From positions 35,595-99,594 of the forward strand of contig JAKALS010000002.1 in assembly GCA_021813145.1 (NCBI GenBank): DNA of 64,000 bases. Direction: 5' to 3'. Under the pieces are notes generated by a model. That model worked only from the letters and a program-made list of their open reading frames with translations. It made no database searches and was not told the DNA's origin. The position numbers were made by a program, and so were the translations under genes. This document shows positions 61,101 to 64,000 of this stretch, one piece after another. Source of the DNA: a bacterium. Its GTDB lineage: Bacteria; Patescibacteriota; Microgenomatia; Levybacterales; UBA12049. How positions within the stretch are numbered: the first letter of the stretch is position 1; each line of letters starts with the position of its first letter.

Positions 61101-63937
61101 AAACTCCCATCATTATGGCTAGTGTTATTTGTGATCGTCAGATTTGTTGAATTGTCAATATTTATTGCTGCATAGTCTCCACCATCTCCATGGTCATGAC
61201 CAAAGAAGCTATTGTCCTTAATGGTTAAATCATTACTTACGGCCGAGGCCATCCAGATACCCGCATCTTGTTTATAAACATCGCCCGATTCATCAAAAAA
61301 TTCATTTTTATCTACTGTCATTCCGCTGGATACATTTGTACTTGGCCCCTGAACATGTAAACCCTCATATAGGTTTTTAAAAATTGTGTTTGTAATATGA
61401 ACCCCTGAAGTTGCCACCCCAGCTGCAGCATTTATCCCCCAGGTTTGATTGCCGGGTGTCCCTGCGCCTTGAATATAAAATCCATCGATTGTTACATTAT
61501 TTGCTTTAATTGAAATAGCCGAATTTCCAACTCCACCGCTTTGTGCCGGAATTATTGACTCAGAAGAACTATTTCGTCCCCTTGCATCTATGCCTTCCTG
61601 AGCACCATTAAGAGTAAGCGATTTGTTAATAGTTATCGATTCCGTATAAGTTCCGGGTGCTACATCAACTGTTCCATCTGCAGAAACTCCATTTACACCA
61701 TCCTGAATTTTTGAAAACGCATTGATGCCGTAATATCGGTAAGTTCCATCAGAAGCCAGTACTTCCGGATAAGTATTAGAACCGGAACTAAGCGTGCTCC
61801 AGCTACCATCAACCGAGACGGTCGATGTGGCAAGCGAAAGCGGTTTGCCATTGAAAGTATTACCGGTTAACGTTACTGTCGATGCGCTTGGATTAGATTC
61901 GAGTCTAAGAGCCATGGAATCTGTACCGAGCTTGTGGTCAGTAAGCCCAGTGACAGTGTTGCCCGTTATGACCGCACCGGGAGTGTTGCTTTCAAGCCCA
62001 ATGGCATGTGCCCAAAGACCTTTAAGAGTTCCAATTGTATTATTAGCAATATTAAGGCCGGTTGTCTTGTGGTTAACAAGAACACCATATGCACCTGCTC
62101 CTCCTCCGTAAGACGACCCTCCAATCCAGCCTGCTGTTGAGGCATAAATGTTATTCATGGTATTATCTGAAATAGCCACATTTGATATCGTATTTGAACC
62201 GGTGGAATTACCGAGATAAACTCCTTTCGCACTACTTCCGGCGGATCCTGCATGCAACATACCGGTATTGCCAATATCAGAAATTGTATTGCCATTAATA
62301 GTTATATTAGTTACATCTGCAGAATTACTTATAATGCCAATAGCCTGGGCCGAACCACTTTTGAGTGATGTGCCAATATCATGAATTGTGTTATTTGTGA
62401 TGTGAAGATTACTATGATCGGTTGAAATGATACCAGATCCTGAATCCTGATTCTTAATATTCATGCCGTCTACCGTCACATTATCGCTTGAAATGGTGAT
62501 CTGACCGGTAAGATTAGCTCCGCTTACTCCCTGAAGAGTAATATTTTTTGAAATATTTGGATTTTCGGCATAATTTCCCGCGGCTACATTTACTGTCCCA
62601 CCGGAAGAAACAGCATTGATTCCATCTTGAATAGTAGCAAAGGCGTTAATCCCAAAAATCTTTCCTCCGCCCAAATCTGCCCCTGTAATATCTCCTGCCC
62701 AACTTGCATCAACATAAATTTCACTCATTCCCACAAATGCAATTGCATCGGCTGCAAGGTTACCGCTTGTTGAAGCCTCAACGGATAATGTAATTGTGTT
62801 GCCGGAAACTAAATTATATCTGCCTGAGTTTGGAAACCAACCCGACCAGGTTCCATTTGTCATGTCTGTAACACTTGCATTAGCGGGTTCCTTTTGATTT
62901 ACTCCCGTCAGATCAAACCCGATAATATTAGAGGAAGTGTAATGCGCATTTGTTGCATGATCATCCCAAATAACCCAACTTGGTAAAATAGCATATACTC
63001 CCGAATCACCGTTAAAAGTCCATGTTGCAACTTTTCCTGTTTGAGACGGGGATACCCAATGATGGTCTCCATCATAACCGGCACTTGTATAAACATTCCA
63101 TCCGTTATCACTATAACCCGCTCCCCCGTCATCTACTACGATAAAGATTGTAAAGTGGTTAAGTCCCGTTATTGTTACAACATTTCCCGTTGTCTGGTTT
63201 GCCTGGTTAACCCCTGAGGTTTTTAATCCGTCTACCGTTTCCGATGACTTTATTCCGAGGGTTTTACCTTGGGCGGTATCGGGTACGGGTAACGTTAGAT
63301 TATACTGGAATGTTCCGTCCGTCATATCGGATGATATGTTATAAGCGGTATCCGAAAGAGAACCCGTTGCTTTTTGTTGATCTGCAGTTAATTTAACTTC
63401 TGTAATTGTTAATTTTCCGGGGTTATCTGGTAGTTTTGTAAATGTTACCGTAACTTTGCTGTTTTGGGGAGCTTTATAAACCTGGTTTAAAGAAACTGTA
63501 CCTGTTGTTGTTTGTGAGCCATCGGGATTTTCCTGCCATTGAGGAGAATTTAAAGTAGCGCTTGGCTGAACATCTTTTGAAGGAGGAGAGAGATTGCCTG
63601 CGGGCGTAGGCGATGGGGTTATTGTATCAACCGGAGAAGCTATTGGTGTTGACTCAGGAGTAGCGGTAGGAACAGGTGTGTCGGTAGGCACGGGTGTAGA
63701 AATATCGGACGGACTTGCAGACGGTAAAACGGTAGGAGCCGGTGTTTGGCTAACTGCAGACGAAGAAGAAGGTGCGGGTGTCGGAGCGTCTGTCGGAGAA
63801 GGGCTTGCCGAAACTTGAGCAGTTTCTTGGGCGAATGCTTTTTGAGTGTTTATAAGCGCTAGAGGACTAAGCGCTTGGACAAGGAGTGCGTATAGAGCAA
63901 TCAGGGAAATGAGCTTTTTCCCAATTTTTTTGAGCAT
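58148..63937 (-). CDS. Giant (1929 aa) secreted surface protein: signal peptide, PT-rich linker, right-handed beta-helix (pectate-lyase-like) repeats, FN3/Ig-like domains, C-terminal GVLGA...QEVLGA motifs + TM helix + RKYLRRQ tail
   Basis: Recurrent beta-helix motifs ITNNTIHDIG, INGNTISDIGN and IANNTIGTL. C-terminal ...QEVLGAATESAKPSSTPTPSQKPALLTKGISMASIGWAFVVLLFVLLSGILLRKYLRRQ. Confidence 0.7.
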   Translation of the reverse strand: MLKKIGKKLISLIALYALLVQALSPLALINTQKAFAQETAQVSASPSPTDAPTPAPSSSSAVSQTPAPTVLPSASPSDISTPVPTDTPVPTATPESTPIASPVDTITPSPTPAGNLSPPSKDVQPSATLNSPQWQENPDGSQTTTGTVSLNQVYKAPQNSKVTVTFTKLPDNPGKLTITEVKLTADQQKATGSLSDTAYNISSDMTDGTFQYNLTLPVPDTAQGKTLGIKSSETVDGLKTSGVNQANQTTGNVVTITGLNHFTIFIVVDDGGAGYSDNGWNVYTSAGYDGDHHWVSPSQTGKVATWTFNGDSGVYAILPSWVIWDDHATNAHYTSSNIIGFDLTGVNQKEPANASVTDMTNGTWSGWFPNSGRYNLVSGNTITLSVEASTSGNLAADAIAFVGMSEIYVDASWAGDITGADLGGGKIFGINAFATIQDGINAVSSGGTVNVAAGNYAENPNISKNITLQGVSGANLTGQITISSDNVTVDGMNIKNQDSGSGIISTDHSNLHITNNTIHDIGTSLKSGSAQAIGIISNSADVTNITINGNTISDIGNTGMLHAGSAGSSAKGVYLGNSTGSNTISNVAISDNTMNNIYASTAGWIGGSSYGGGAGAYGVLVNHKTTGLNIANNTIGTLKGLWAHAIGLESNTPGAVITGNTVTGLTDHKLGTDSMALRLESNPSASTVTLTGNTFNGKPLSLATSTVSVDGSWSTLSSGSNTYPEVLASDGTYRYYGINAFSKIQDGVNGVSADGTVDVAPGTYTESITINKSLTLNGAQEGIDARGRNSSSESIIPAQSGGVGNSAISIKANNVTIDGFYIQGAGTPGNQTWGINAAAGVATSGVHITNTIFKNLYEGLHVQGPSTNVSSGMTVDKNEFFDESGDVYKQDAGIWMASAVSNDLTIKDNSFFGHDHGDGGDYAAINIDNSTNLTITNNTSHNDGSFVVLVNNTTVNVSENTSTNTGSGFNQSSTIFVGLGNNGVTIQNNNLDNGYRGVRLSNDFGTGLNQNIQVLNNIITNMANAGILVPVNTISDQVVVNRNQITGNPIGVQNDNSNPLVKATCNWWGSATGPGPVGPGSGDKVSTNVDFSTWLTTPDLNGLCNGPDTTKPTVSFTLPTPANNAYVNSNFDVGYTASDNVALKSVNVSFYDTDSSHSNHWVATCYNNSNESGTSDSGICKVHLPSNLSDGKYYVQVGAQDMALNWSVNAIRTIYVDRTAPTATIDGVAPKALYNGSTNINVHAIDTNYLQTELYREGESSPFKIYTGEWFGLFWLADDSYRMVVVDKAGNSTEYKFTIDKTAPNVPTLVSPANGAFVKPGGLILDWSDVTDPSLPVTYYYQSSYSSAVGAGNGFVSPIYNKNTGTASQIDASGSSDHLYYWQVRACDSVGNCSNWSGPWAVNIDSTAPAVPTGIYFKDTVNNKDVACGGITSARNFDVYWNANTEADFDHYEYVSFNADGSVGPIRTFTTPYFNASWWTVPVQGTYGVQVRAVDKAGNKSAWFGGSEGINNSCTYTVDWTAPSAPTITSPSNGDYFNSIPITANWTAVTDTSGIAKYQVGYVYDDHHTFSGSTCSDLPNGGCRDVAGNVTSRGHVPGLNEQGGVTIYVRAVDNAGNVGAWSAPVHYVYDATAPALTANPLPGDQPDNPTNVALIATDNLSGVKDVYYTTDGTNPATSATKVLYSSPIVVDRDLTINAIAYDNAGNSTTFSGVYNVPPIISDQKIVRTGDNSVLITWATNFPATSRVVYDTVSHPTLGSAPNYGYAYSTVEDTNKVTSHSVTVNGLTVNQDYYYRTISAGSPEAVGNETAFSTYYIFGLPGDGRSDGGSSGGGGAPSAGPSVLAANTIQGVLGANTSENAEPTLQETAPGQEVLGAATESAKPSSTPTPSQKPALLTKGISMASIGWAFVVLLFVLLSGILLRKYLRRQ

Positions 63938-64000
63938 AAATTAACTCTGCAAAATCACAAAAGCAATTTTGATTAGCCCGATAGTAATACTTTATGTTAA

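Noticed and set aside
63594-63818. 74-aa plus-strand Gly/Val-rich ORF
   Set aside because: It is antisense to the PT-rich N-terminal linker of the giant protein.
51764-63937. Canonical LPXTG/LAXTG/LPXTA sortase motifs in the surface proteins
   Set aside because: Reading the C-terminal 100 residues of each protein found none. Only near-misses occur (LSYTAG, ALLTKG), hence the alternative VLG-motif hypothesis.

Overview
The window is AT-rich, compact bacterial DNA with short or overlapping intergenic spacers and many TTG/GTG starts. Its gene content resembles a reduced, monoderm (Gram-positive-like) Patescibacteria/CPR-type genome; this is an inference and was not searched.

The first half (1-33.6 kb) is housekeeping:
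- A hexose-phosphate/gluconeogenic block: phosphohexomutase, bifunctional PGI/PMI, PEP synthase, enolase.
- rsmI, a DedA-family protein, and a divergent lexA/uvrB pair with a candidate operator palindrome.
- rplS, pyrG, tRNA-Gly(CCC), a LysM protein, tRNA-Asp(GTC), PolX-PHP, and lemA-htpX.
- murT-gatD (lipid II amidation), then gatCAB, a GGDEF-domain gene and dnaE packed with overlapping starts and stops.
- A complete atpBEFHAGDC F-ATPase operon with a very short delta subunit, then tRNA-Thr(CGT).

The second half (33.6-64 kb) is an accessory cell-envelope island. It starts with a Big-domain membrane protein and a roughly 17-kb glycosylation locus: O-antigen-ligase-like protein, GT2, GT4, two GT2-polytopic-membrane fusion proteins, a Wzx-like flippase, a TylCIII-like C-methyltransferase, and several large GT-C/YfhO-like membrane proteins. 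It ends with a minus-strand surface-protein cluster: a 1929-aa beta-helix/FN3 giant protein, a paralogous pair of poly-Gly-FN3 proteins, a 726-aa Pro/Thr/Ser-rich protein, two small secreted proteins, and a membrane-anchored sortase with the TLxTC catalytic motif embedded among them.

The most interesting signal is in that cluster. None of the surface proteins carries LPXTG. All share a C-proximal (E/Q/A/G)-VLG-(A) motif, and in three of them it is followed by a hydrophobic helix and a basic tail. This is a candidate non-canonical sortase sorting signal. The adjacent Dol-P-Man-synthase-like GT2 and GT-C membrane enzymes plus the PT-rich linkers suggest a coupled protein O-glycosylation system.

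No CRISPR array, rRNA, IS element or prophage was seen.
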